This document shows, in pieces, positions 54,142 through 63,202 of a stretch of DNA of 64,000 nt. Below the pieces are notes generated by a model. The model ran no database searches and was not told where the DNA came from. It saw nothing but the letters and a program-made list of their open reading frames with translations. Position numbers and translations under genes: made by a program. Every line of letters starts with the position of its first letter. Positions within the stretch are counted from its first letter, which is position 1. The stretch is from an uncultured Solirubrobacterales bacterium (GTDB lineage: Bacteria > Actinomycetota > Thermoleophilia > Solirubrobacterales > 70-9). The stretch spans positions 164,092 through 228,091 of the forward strand of contig CAWCIS010000006.1 in assembly GCA_963795625.1 (NCBI GenBank). The letters run 5' to 3'.

Positions 54142-55278
54142 TCAGCGCCCGAACCAGCGGGCGCGCCGGCTTGAGCCGAACTCCTGCTTCAGCGCCATCT
54201 GCTCCGCCGAGGGCGGGTTGAAGCTGCCGGTTTTCTCCGGCCCGGAGAGGAAGTCGATGTCGACGCTGCCGATCCGGTCCTGGCCGAACTCGATGTAACA
54301 GGTGCCCTGGCCAAGGTGGCGCCCGGGCGGATCGCCCGCGCCGAGCTCGGCGATCAGGGCCTGGGCGACGACGCGGGCCGCGCCCTCGGCGAAGACTCCC
54401 GCCTTCGGCACCCCGGCTGTGGCGACGTCGCCGACCGCGTAGACGCCGGGGAAGCGCGTCTTCAGGGTCGCGGGGTCGACCGGGACGAAGCCCTCCTCGG
54501 CGAGGCCGCTTGCGAGGACGACCTCGGGCGCGCGGTGCTTGGGCACCCCGAGGAAGAGGTCGAAGGGAAGCTCGCCGCCGTCGTCGAGGATCGCGACGTC
54601 GCGCTCGGGGTCGAGCGCGGTGACCCGCCGGCCCGCGATCAGCTCGATCCCGCGCCGCTCGAACTCGGCTTCGAGCGCGCCCGAGGCCTCCGGCGAGGGC
54701 GGGACCGGCCGGCCGAAGGGGATCGCGAAGGAGATCCGGCAGGCCTCGCGGACGCCGCGGGCCCGCAGTTCGTCGTCGAGCATCAGCGCGCACTCGCTCG
54801 GCGCCGGCGGGCACTTGAACGGCGCCCCGCAGACGCCGATCAGAGCGTGGCCGGCGGCGAAGGTGGGGAGGATCTCGGCCACCCGTTCGGCGCCGGCGAC
54901 CGAGTAGAACTCGTTGCCCGCCTCGGCGAGGCCGGGCGTGGCGTCGAGGTCATAGTCGGCGCCGAGGGCGACGACGAGGAAGTCGGCATCGTGGACGCCG
55001 GCGTCGGTGGTCACCCGCCTGGCCTCCGGGTCGATCGCGGTGACGGTCTCGCGCAGAATCCGCACCCCGGGCTTGGCGACCTCGCGGTAGGGCAGCCGCA
55101 CCGCGTCGCCGCCGACCCCGCGGAACATCAGGTCGAGCTTCGAGTAGCCGAAGACGAAGGCGTCGGACTTGTCGATCACCGTCACCTCGGCGTCCCCGCC
55201 GAGCGCCTCCGAGAGCTTCGTGCTCAGCTCCAGCCCGCCGAAGCCGGCACCGAGGATGAGGATGCGCGCGGCCACCAA
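54142..55278 (-). CDS. sulfide:quinone oxidoreductase-like NAD(P)/FAD-dependent oxidoreductase
   Basis: ILILGAGFGG Rossmann motif, FKCPPAPSE, VYAVGDV. Confidence 0.8.
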   Translation of the reverse strand: MVAARILILGAGFGGLELSTKLSEALGGDAEVTVIDKSDAFVFGYSKLDLMFRGVGGDAVRLPYREVAKPGVRILRETVTAIDPEARRVTTDAGVHDADFLVVALGADYDLDATPGLAEAGNEFYSVAGAERVAEILPTFAAGHALIGVCGAPFKCPPAPSECALMLDDELRARGVREACRISFAIPFGRPVPPSPEASGALEAEFERRGIELIAGRRVTALDPERDVAILDDGGELPFDLFLGVPKHRAPEVVLASGLAEEGFVPVDPATLKTRFPGVYAVGDVATAGVPKAGVFAEGAARVVAQALIAELGAGDPPGRHLGQGTCYIEFGQDRIGSVDIDFLSGPEKTGSFNPPSAEQMALKQEFGSSRRARWFGR

Positions 55279-55298
55279 TGCGAGATCCTAGTCGCCCG

Positions 55299-55736
55299 AT
55301 GTGGCTCCAACGGACGATCCGGCTGCGCCCGTGCCCGCGCGGCTTCCACCTCGTCACCGCCGAGGTGCTGGAGGCACTGCCCGAGCTGCGGGAGATCTCG
55401 GTTGGCGTCCTCCACCTGACGATCCAGCACACTTCGGCCTCCCTGGCCCTGAGTGAGAACGCCTCGCCGGAAGTGCGCGACGACTTCGAGGCCTGGTTCG
55501 ACCAGGCGGTGCCGGAACGGGCCCCGTACTGGACCCACACCCTGGAGGGCGACGACGACATGCCCGCCCACATCAAGGCGGCCCTGCTCGGCCCCTCGCT
55601 GACCCTGCCGCTGACCCGCGGCCGCCCCGCGCTCGGCACCTGGCAGGGGATCTACCTCTGCGAGCACCGCGATCATGGCGGCGCCCGCTCGGTCGTCGCC
55701 ACTGCCGCGGGCGAGCCGGCGGCGCGGCGGCGCTGA
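55299..55736 (+). CDS. YjbQ / UPF0047 family protein
   Basis: MWLQRTIRL..RGFHLVT..GVLHLTIQHTSASL..DMPAHIKAALLGPSLTLP..GTWQGIYLCEHR. Confidence 0.88.
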   Translation: MWLQRTIRLRPCPRGFHLVTAEVLEALPELREISVGVLHLTIQHTSASLALSENASPEVRDDFEAWFDQAVPERAPYWTHTLEGDDDMPAHIKAALLGPSLTLPLTRGRPALGTWQGIYLCEHRDHGGARSVVATAAGEPAARRR

Positions 55737-55837
55737 GCGTCGATCGCCCGACGCCTATCCCGAATCTCGCTGTAACGCTGCCCTCTGTCAGCGGACTGCA
55801 CGGCAGAAGTCCACATCCCGAACAGAGGAGCAAGCTG

Positions 55838-57028
55838 ATGAGAGTTCTGAATCGTGCCGGCCTGGCGATGGCCGCGCTCGTGGCCGTGTGTGCCCTGGCA
55901 GCCGGTCCCGCCAGTGCCCGACCGTTCCATCATTTCCCGCCGCCGCGATCGCCCCATCATTCGCCGCCGCCATTTCATCCTCCCGTGCCGCCACGGTCGA
56001 ATCATCCCGTCTTCGTCCAGACCGACGACCCGGCCGGCAACCAGATCGTCGCCTACGACCAGGCGGCCAACGGCAGCCTCACTGAGGTCGGCACCTACGC
56101 CACCGGCGGTCTCGGCGGCGTGTTGGAAGGCTCGGTCGTCGACCACCTCGCCTCGCAGGCCTCACTCACCTACGACGGCGACAACGGGCTGCTCTACGCG
56201 GTCAACGCCGGCAGCAACACGGTCTCGGTCTTCTCCGTCTCCGGCGACCGCCTCAGCCTGCGCCAGGTGATCGATTCCGGCGGGGCGTTCCCGGTCAGCG
56301 TCGCCGTCAGCCACGGGCTGGTCTATGTGCTGAACGCCGAGGAAGGCGGATCGGTGCAGGGCTACCGGGTCGGATTCGGTCGCCTCTTCCCGATTCTCGG
56401 CTCCGCCCGCCCGCTCGGCCTCGACCCCGCCAAAACGCCGCAGTTCGTCAATACGCCGGGCCAGCTCGCCTTCTCCCCCGACGGCTCGCAGCTGATCGTC
56501 ACGACGAAGGCCAACGGCAGCAACATCGACGTGTTCCAGGTGCGGGCGTTCGGACGGCTCTCGCCGGCCCCGGTCGTCAACTCCGAGCCGGGGACCGTCC
56601 CGTTCGGGGTCACCTTCGATCAGCAGGGCAACCTGATCGTCTCCCAGGCCGGCCCCAACGCGGTGGCGAGCTACTCGCTGCACGGGGACGGAACCGTGGT
56701 GCCGATCTCCTCGGCGTTGACCGGAGGGGCGGCGACCTGCTGGATCGTCCGCTCGGGCAGCGTGCTCTATGCCTCCAATGCCGGCAGCGGCACGCTCAGC
56801 AGCGTTGCCTCCGGCCTCAACGGCCAGCTGACGTTCATCGCCAACACCGAAACCCACGGTGGCACCGTTGACGCCGCGGTCTCGGCCGGCTCGCGATTCC
56901 TCTACGTCCAGGCCGGCGCCGCCGGCATCGTCGACGAGTTCGCGATCGGCGCCGGTGGCGCCCTGACCAAAGTCGGGTCCGTCACGGTCCCGGGCGCGGT
57001 CGGCGGCGAGGGCATCGTCGCCCTCTAG
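55838..57028 (+). CDS. secreted beta-propeller protein (lactonase/YncE-like) with His/Pro-rich N-terminal linker
   Basis: Signal peptide MRVLNRAGLAMAALVAVCALAAGPASA. Repeated ..LYAVNAGSNTVSVF.., ..LVYVLNAEEG.., ..FSPDGSQLIV.. blades. Confidence 0.75.
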   Translation: MRVLNRAGLAMAALVAVCALAAGPASARPFHHFPPPRSPHHSPPPFHPPVPPRSNHPVFVQTDDPAGNQIVAYDQAANGSLTEVGTYATGGLGGVLEGSVVDHLASQASLTYDGDNGLLYAVNAGSNTVSVFSVSGDRLSLRQVIDSGGAFPVSVAVSHGLVYVLNAEEGGSVQGYRVGFGRLFPILGSARPLGLDPAKTPQFVNTPGQLAFSPDGSQLIVTTKANGSNIDVFQVRAFGRLSPAPVVNSEPGTVPFGVTFDQQGNLIVSQAGPNAVASYSLHGDGTVVPISSALTGGAATCWIVRSGSVLYASNAGSGTLSSVASGLNGQLTFIANTETHGGTVDAAVSAGSRFLYVQAGAAGIVDEFAIGAGGALTKVGSVTVPGAVGGEGIVAL

Positions 57029-57102
57029 CGAGGGTCCGTCCCAGGTGAAGCTACGGCGTTCCCAGATTCGTAATCTGAGCGCCGTAGCTTGCCTGGCGAT
57101 TC

Positions 57103-57717
57103 GTGGATCCGCACTGCCCTACAGCCAACAGCGTCGGCGACGAGGAGCTGGTTTCGCGATTGCGCGCAGGCGAGGAGAGCGCCTTCGTCCTGCTCGCCTC
57201 TCGCCACCAGGCCGCGATGCTGCGACTCGCCTCCTCCTTCGTCTCCAGCACGGCGATCGCCGAGGAGGTCGTCCAGGACACCTGGTTGGCCGTCCTCCGC
57301 GGGATCGACGGGTTCGCCGGCCGCTCTTCGTTCAAGACCTGGCTGCTGGCGATCCTCGTCAACCGGGCTCGGAGCACGGGCGTGCGTGAGCGCCGCAGCC
57401 TGCCGATCGGCGATGCCGGGCCGGCAGTCGACCGCTCCCGCTTCGACGCGGAGGGAGCCTGGATGTCGCCGCCGCAGCATTGGGTGGAGGAGAGCGACGA
57501 CCGGATGCTCGCCGAGGGCGTGGGTGAGACGCTCGGCCTCGCCCTGAGGCGATTGCCGCCGCGCCAGCGGGCGGTGGTAATGCTGCGGGACGTCGAGGGA
57601 CTCGGCAGCGAGGAGGTCTGCGACGTGCTCGAGATCAGCGAAGGGAACCAGAGGGTCCTGCTGCACCGCGGCCGCAGCCGCTTGAGACAGTCGCTCGAGG
57701 AGTCCGTAAGGGTATGA
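57103..57717 (+). CDS. ECF sigma factor
   Basis: Region 2: AIAEEVVQDTWLAVLRGIDGF..SFKTWLLAILVNRAR. Region 4: MLRDVEGLGSEEVCDVLEISEGNQRVLLHRGRSRLR. Confidence 0.9.
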   Translation: MDPHCPTANSVGDEELVSRLRAGEESAFVLLASRHQAAMLRLASSFVSSTAIAEEVVQDTWLAVLRGIDGFAGRSSFKTWLLAILVNRARSTGVRERRSLPIGDAGPAVDRSRFDAEGAWMSPPQHWVEESDDRMLAEGVGETLGLALRRLPPRQRAVVMLRDVEGLGSEEVCDVLEISEGNQRVLLHRGRSRLRQSLEESVRV

Positions 57718-57974
57718 AGATGCTGCGCCGTCGCAACGAACTCGCCTGCCGAGAGATCGTCGAGCTCGTCACCGCGTACCTCGACGGCTCGATGCCCCGC
57801 TCCCAGCGCCGCCGCTTCGAGGCGCACCTCTCGGGTTGCTCCAACTGCACCGAGTACCTGGCGCAGATGCGGACGACGATCCGGCTCACCGGCCGTCTTG
57901 GCAACGAGGACCTGACCCCGGAGATGGAGGACGACCTCCGCGAGGTCTACCGGCGCTGGCATTCGGAAGGGTGA
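57714..57974 (+). CDS. zinc-finger (zf-HC2) anti-sigma factor
   Basis: 4-nt ATGA overlap with the sigma gene. HLSGCSNC motif. Confidence 0.85.
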   Translation: MKMLRRRNELACREIVELVTAYLDGSMPRSQRRRFEAHLSGCSNCTEYLAQMRTTIRLTGRLGNEDLTPEMEDDLREVYRRWHSEG

Positions 57975-58108
57975 GCGAGGGCGTGCGGGTGCAGTCGCGG
58001 CCGGTTGTCCTATTCGGCCGCGCCCGTTCGTCTTAGGGGCAGGTGGTCGAATGACGATCGCCGGGACGCTCGCCTGAGCGTGCGACCATCCACATCAAGG
58101 AGGCTTCA

Positions 58109-58453
58109 ATGCAATACATGCTGCTGATCTATTCGGGTGACTCGATGGACGAGTTCGGGAAGCTCTCCGAGCCCGAGCAGAAGGCGATCCTCGGCGAGTA
58201 CTACGCGATCTCCGAGCTCCCGGCCGTCCGCGGCGGCGACCAGCTGCAGCCGGGGGACACCGCGACCACGATCCGGGTCGAGGACGGGCGCACCCTGACC
58301 ACCGACGGCCCCTTCGCGACGACCAAGGAGGTACTCGGCGGCTACTACCTGCTCGAGGCCGACGACATCGACGCGGCGCTGGAGATCGCGGCCCGCATCC
58401 CGGCGGCCAGGATGGGCGGCGCGATCGAGGTGCGGCCGGTGGTGGAGCGCTGA
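58109..58453 (+). CDS. YciI-family protein (second)
   Basis: MQYMLLIY..TDGPFATTKEVLGGYYLLEA..ALEIAARIP. AAGGAGG lies upstream. Confidence 0.85.
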   Translation: MQYMLLIYSGDSMDEFGKLSEPEQKAILGEYYAISELPAVRGGDQLQPGDTATTIRVEDGRTLTTDGPFATTKEVLGGYYLLEADDIDAALEIAARIPAARMGGAIEVRPVVER

Positions 58454-59640
58454 TCGAGGGCGTCTTCCGCCGCGAGTGGGGGCGGGTCCTCGCCACCCTG
58501 ATCGGCTTCCTCGGCGACTTCGACCTCGCCGAGGAAGCCGCCCAGTCCGCCTTTGCCGCCGCCGCGGAGCGCTGGCCGCGAACCGGCGAGCCCGCCAACC
58601 CCCGCGCCTGGCTGATCACGACCGCCCGCAACCTGGCGATCGACCGCATCCGCCGCGAGCGCACGCTCGCCGCCAAGACCCGCCTACTGGAGGTGCCCGA
58701 GTCGATGGAGGAGGAGCCCACGGACATCGCTTTTCCCGACGAGCGCCTGGAGCTGATCTTCACCTGCTGCCACCCGGCGCTCGGGACCGAGGCGCAGGTG
58801 GCGCTGGCGCTGCGCACCCTCGGCGGCCTCAGCACCGCCGAGATCGCCCGCGCCTTCCTCGTCTCCGAGCCGACGATGTCGAAGCGGCTGATCCGCGCCA
58901 AACGCAAGATCAGGGAGGCCGGGATCCCCTTCCGGGTGCCGCCCGCCCACCTGCTTCCCGATCGCCTGGCGGTGGTGCTCGGGGTCGTCTACCTGATCTT
59001 CAACGAGGGCTACGGCGGTCGCAACGAGCTCGCCGCCGAGGCGATCTGGCTGGGTGGGGCGCTGGTCGAACTGATGCCCGACGAGCCCGAAGCCCACGCC
59101 CTGCTCGCCCTGATGACGCTTCACGACGCCCGCCGCTCCGCCCGCTTCGCCGACGGCTCGCTGGTGCTCTTGGAGGACCAGGACCGCTCGCTCTGGGACC
59201 GGGGGCAGATCGAGCGCGGGCGCGCGTCCCTCGAACGCGCCGTCGCGCTCGGCGGCAGAGGGCAGTACTCGGTGGAGGCCGCGATCGCCTCCCTCCACCT
59301 CGACGATCCGCCGGACTGGCCGCAGATCGCCGCCCTCTACGGCCGGCTGCACTCCCTCACCGGCTCGGCCGTGGTCGAGCTGAACCGGGCGGTGGCGATC
59401 GCCGAAGCCGGCGAGGTCGAGGCCGGGCTGGCGGCGCTCGAGCCGCTCGAGCTGGAGCATTACCACCACCTCCACGCCGCCCGGGCCGAGCTGCTGCGCC
59501 GGCTCGGCCGGGAGCGGGAGTCCCGCGCCGCCTACGACCTCGCGCTGGCGCTGGTCCACTCCGACTCGGAGCGGTCTTTTCTGGAACGAAGGCGCGGCGA
59601 GCTCGTCGAGGGCAAGGGGGGCGATGGGCGGAGCGGTTGA
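58450..59640 (+). CDS. ECF-type sigma factor with long C-terminal extension (second); no canonical start codon for region 2
   Basis: The frame is open upstream of the first in-frame ATG/GTG/TTG at 58693 and encodes VFRREWGRVLATLIGFLGDFDLAEEAAQSAFAAAAERWP..AWLITTARNLAIDRIRRER (sigma region 2). A CTG at 58450 overlaps the YciI stop (CTGA). Confidence 0.7.
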   Translation: MIEGVFRREWGRVLATLIGFLGDFDLAEEAAQSAFAAAAERWPRTGEPANPRAWLITTARNLAIDRIRRERTLAAKTRLLEVPESMEEEPTDIAFPDERLELIFTCCHPALGTEAQVALALRTLGGLSTAEIARAFLVSEPTMSKRLIRAKRKIREAGIPFRVPPAHLLPDRLAVVLGVVYLIFNEGYGGRNELAAEAIWLGGALVELMPDEPEAHALLALMTLHDARRSARFADGSLVLLEDQDRSLWDRGQIERGRASLERAVALGGRGQYSVEAAIASLHLDDPPDWPQIAALYGRLHSLTGSAVVELNRAVAIAEAGEVEAGLAALEPLELEHYHHLHAARAELLRRLGRERESRAAYDLALALVHSDSERSFLERRRGELVEGKGGDGRSG

Positions 59641-59813
59641 GCGGCCGCCCGCCGCCTCTCCGCCAGCGACGCATCGCCGACGCCCCAGGCCAGGCGCTCG
59701 GCGAGCTGACGCCGGGAGTGCTCGGAGGCGAGGTGGATGGCATCGACTCGCTCGCGGTAGACGACCTCGCCGCCGCCCTCGGTCGTGTCGGTGACGATCA
59801 GGATCTGCGTCAT
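59532..59813 (-). CDS. small hypothetical protein
   Basis: MTQILIVTDTTEGGGEVVYRERVDAIHLASEH.. with GAGGAGG upstream of the ATG at 59813. Its 3' end overlaps the sigma gene on the opposite strand. Confidence 0.35.
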   Translation of the reverse strand: MTQILIVTDTTEGGGEVVYRERVDAIHLASEHSRRQLAERLAWGVGDASLAERRRAAAQPLRPSPPLPSTSSPRLRSRKDRSESEWTSASARS

Positions 59814-59931
59814 CTTCTCCTCCTCGGTTGGGTCTTGTCCGAGGATGGACCCGAAAGCTTCAGCGCAGGTCAACCGGAGGTAAAAGCTCGTCCCCGGATC
59901 CCCTCCGACCCTCTGCCCAAGGCCAAGAACC

Positions 59932-60654
59932 TTGGTACCGTCCGCCGCGATGGGCCTCTTCAGTCGGAAGCAAGATTCAGGTGGGGGAATCACGGTCCCG
60001 GAGGGCATCGTGGCCGCAATGACCGAGTACGGACAGCGGCGATTGCGCGATGCCGACGCTCCGGGGCCAGTCCATGAGGAACTCGAATCCCTCGCCGCCG
60101 ATGACCAGAAGGCTTGGGTAGAGGCATTGAGCCAGGTCATCGTCCCCGTCGGGGGCGTGACGGCTTACGGCGCGTCCACCCTCGTGATGCTGTGCCTCAA
60201 CCATCCCGTCGAGCTTGCTGCCTACTGTCGCCTCCTCGATACCGCTCTCGACTATCTGCGCGCGGAAGGGGTGCCGGAGGTTGAACTGTCCATCAACGAG
60301 CGGAGCTACTGGCGCCGTAGGCATCCCGATCAGGCCTGGCTACAGCCTGTCGCTTCTCGCCCGGCCGAGTCATCCCTGACTCCACTCGCGGTTAGCGAGG
60401 AGCGGAAGCTCACTGTCATGGATGCCTCCCCGGACTCAAAGGCAATCTACGTCTTGCACTCCGCGGAGGGCGGGTACGTCTGGGCTCTCGATATGCCCAG
60501 CGAGGACGGATCGGGGCGTATCCGAGAAGAGCGCGGGCACGCCGGTACTCTCAGTGAGCTCTACGCTGAGCTCGCCGAGAATCTGCCTCCTAGTTACTGG
60601 GTTGATCCTGAGTTTGCGCAGTTCCTGCCTTTCCCGTACTCCCGTCCGCAATAG
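59932..60654 (+). CDS. hypothetical protein
   Basis: 240-aa ORF with protein-like composition and lower GC than the surroundings. Confidence 0.5.
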   Translation: MVPSAAMGLFSRKQDSGGGITVPEGIVAAMTEYGQRRLRDADAPGPVHEELESLAADDQKAWVEALSQVIVPVGGVTAYGASTLVMLCLNHPVELAAYCRLLDTALDYLRAEGVPEVELSINERSYWRRRHPDQAWLQPVASRPAESSLTPLAVSEERKLTVMDASPDSKAIYVLHSAEGGYVWALDMPSEDGSGRIREERGHAGTLSELYAELAENLPPSYWVDPEFAQFLPFPYSRPQ

Positions 60655-60721
60655 GGCCGGGGGCAGGGTTGCGACGATGAACCCACGAACGCGTAGGCCC
60701 TCGGGCGCTCGCCCGTCGCGG

Positions 60722-61798
60722 TCACGGTAGGACGCATTCGGCACTGATCCTCTGGACGCCGGCGATCAGGTCGATCCGCTCTGGCAGGGTGTCGAGGCGA
60801 TCGGCGAGCAGGTAGACGATGACCGCCAGACCCAACGCCCTGGCGCCGGCGATTCCGATCACCCCTGGTGCGCCGCCGCTGGCCACGATCACGAAGGGCC
60901 CGCCCCAGGTCATCCCAGCCGCCGCCCGACGGCCCCAGCGCATATTGGTGCGGTGGGTGCCCCGCAGTTCCTCCAGCTTGACCCCAAGCACTCCCGTGTT
61001 GACGGCACGGGTGCTGAAAAGCTTCGCGACCTCCTCCTCGCAGTGTGGTGCGCGAACAACGGTGCCCAGTGCCCACGCTGAGACGCCTGAGTGTTTCTCG
61101 GCGGTCTGCTCGGCGAGGAGGTCGAATTGAAAGTCCGTGAGTGCCTCGCGGAGAACATCGGAGCCGACGATCGAGAGCAACTTGCGCACTCCGCGCCGGA
61201 AAAGGCCGTTGCCGCCACCTGACAGCCGGAAGGGATTGGGCATGTTGGCAAGGTGGACGAGCGCCTCCGAGGCTTGGCCGAGGCCGGCGGCGAACAATCC
61301 AACGGTGAACTTGCCGGCTGGCTCGGCGGCGGAGGTGACCAACTCCGTTATGGCCGCTTTGGCAATGTCCAGCGAGCCTTGAGGTGGGAGCGCAGCGCCG
61401 GCCATGCCGTCGGGCAGCTGCTGCGGAAAGGCCCTGCGGGCATCTTCGAGTATCTCGGCAACCGGCTCGAGATACTCGGGTCGGGAGGCGATCTCCTCGC
61501 CAGATGCGCCGGTGGGCGAGAAAATCGCGTTCTCGGCTTCAAGGCGCAGAAGGTCGGCACCGACGATGAAATCGAGCGCGGCCGCGGCGAGAGAAGCGGT
61601 CTCGAGATCTGGGTCTGAAAGCACCGGTGCCTCGGAGGCGATTGCCTCCCCGAGCGCCTCGGAGGTATCTAGCAGTGCGGTGGTGCGCTCGACGTCAAGC
61701 CCATCGCCAGGCAGCTCAAGGCCACGATCGGTCTCAACGAAGCAGGCTTCGACTGCGATCAGGTAAGAACTGAAAGCTCCGGCCGTCTCCAGTCTCAT
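60722..61798 (-). CDS. hypothetical protein with C-terminal hydrophobic segments
   Basis: 358-aa ORF. The C-terminus GGPFVIVASGGAPGVIGIAGARALGLAVIVYLLA suggests a membrane anchor. Confidence 0.5.
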   Translation of the reverse strand: MRLETAGAFSSYLIAVEACFVETDRGLELPGDGLDVERTTALLDTSEALGEAIASEAPVLSDPDLETASLAAAALDFIVGADLLRLEAENAIFSPTGASGEEIASRPEYLEPVAEILEDARRAFPQQLPDGMAGAALPPQGSLDIAKAAITELVTSAAEPAGKFTVGLFAAGLGQASEALVHLANMPNPFRLSGGGNGLFRRGVRKLLSIVGSDVLREALTDFQFDLLAEQTAEKHSGVSAWALGTVVRAPHCEEEVAKLFSTRAVNTGVLGVKLEELRGTHRTNMRWGRRAAAGMTWGGPFVIVASGGAPGVIGIAGARALGLAVIVYLLADRLDTLPERIDLIAGVQRISAECVLP

Positions 61799-62079
61799 TT
61801 GTCAGGCCCGCATTCCTTATCCATGCTAACTCTCATTTCATCATGTACGAGATGCCATGTACACCTTGTTCGCCTGATTCTTCCTGGTAGCCTGCTGCCT
61901 CTTCTCTGCCGCGTCCAAGAGGGGCGGCGGTAGCCGAAGACCAGTCAGCGGAGACATGCAAAGGTGAACCGAGAGAGCCTTGGGATCCTGAGAGGGACCC
62001 ACACCCTTATCTTCCTCTTCGCTCCGAGTGGACTCGCGCTGCTCGGCTGCGGCGATGGGAGAACGGAGATGAGTACCCG

Positions 62080-62307
62080 ATGAGCGCGATTACCGTCGCC
62101 TGGCTGGCAGTTGCTGCGCTGGGACTGATCGATGCATTTCGCCATTCGAGCGCGGAATGGGACTATGCAGATCGAGAACGCACCTTCTGGGTCGTCTTCA
62201 TGCTCTTCCTCGGCCCGATCTTCGTGGCTCTATACCTGATCTTCGTCCGCCCTCGTTTCCCCGATCACGCCGCCAAGCAGCAAGCTGACCAGTTTCTGAA
62301 GCGATGA
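62080..62307 (+). CDS. small two-TM protein, PLD-nuclease-N-terminal (PLDc_N)-like
   Basis: WLAVAALGLIDAF..ERTFWVVFMLFLGPIFVALYLIF. Confidence 0.55.
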   Translation: MSAITVAWLAVAALGLIDAFRHSSAEWDYADRERTFWVVFMLFLGPIFVALYLIFVRPRFPDHAAKQQADQFLKR

Positions 62308-62335
62308 CTCCAAGAGCGCGCGCGATCGAGGGTGG

Positions 62336-63202
62336 GTGGTGGCAGTGATCGACGTCATCGAGGTGCCGGCAGCCGGCACGGCCGCGGATGTTGCCGAGCA
62401 GGGGCTGATCTTCCCCGTCCCCGGTGCGCAGAAGAACACCGTGGTATTCGAGCCTCGCGATGGCGACTCGATCCAGTCGCTCACCGCCAAGTCCCTCGAG
62501 TTCAAGGTCGGCAACCGCACCATGTTGCGCGTGCGCAAGGTGCGCATCGACATCTTCATCACCGATGCCCGCTTCGCCGTCGCCTGCAGTAAGTACGACA
62601 AGGGGGGTGGCTGGGTCGGCGGTGCGACGGCGATGGTCGTCTTCAACACGGTGAGCAAGGCTCGCGCGAAGCTGCGCTCACGCGGCAGGATGCTCGCCGG
62701 CCAGGTGCGCTATCCATGGCTGCGGTGGGTGGCCAGCTCGCCGAAGACGGGCTACACGAGCGAGGAGACCCTGATCCTTCAGTGCGCGGCCGAGAACGGC
62801 ACGGCGATGACGCTGACGCTGACCTTGCCGAAGAACATCGAGGCCTCGCGGGTCGCCGCTGAGATCGCCGATCGAGCGGCTCGCTACCGGCTCTCCAGCG
62901 AGAAGCTCGACGGCGAGGCCAGGGCGGGGATCGAAGCCCACCTCAGCAGCCAATCCCGAGTAGTTGCGGGCGGCGAGAAGCAGGTGTTCGAAATGGCGGC
63001 CCCGATGCCGATCGGCGAGCACTCGGCCCGGATCGCCCCCCAGGCGGATCTGCTCCCGGCGTCGGAGGTCACAGTCTCCGAGCCGGCTCCCACCCCGCCA
63101 TCGCCGCCATCCCCCGAGGAGGCGTTCTGCACCGCCTGCGGCGAGGGGGTCGGCGCTGAGGACGTCTTCTGCTCTGCCTGTGGAGAGAAAGTCGAGACGT
63201 GA
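62336..63202 (+). CDS. hypothetical protein with C-terminal zinc ribbon
   Basis: An N-terminal ~200-aa domain and a Pro-rich linker are followed by FCTACGEGV..FCSACGEKV. Confidence 0.6.
   Translation: MVAVIDVIEVPAAGTAADVAEQGLIFPVPGAQKNTVVFEPRDGDSIQSLTAKSLEFKVGNRTMLRVRKVRIDIFITDARFAVACSKYDKGGGWVGGATAMVVFNTVSKARAKLRSRGRMLAGQVRYPWLRWVASSPKTGYTSEETLILQCAAENGTAMTLTLTLPKNIEASRVAAEIADRAARYRLSSEKLDGEARAGIEAHLSSQSRVVAGGEKQVFEMAAPMPIGEHSARIAPQADLLPASEVTVSEPAPTPPSPPSPEEAFCTACGEGVGAEDVFCSACGEKVET

Noticed and set aside
58476-60077. 533-aa ORF overlapping the second extended sigma gene
   Set aside because: It is an out-of-frame Arg/Pro/Gly-rich shadow. The sigma motifs are in the 58450..59640 frame.
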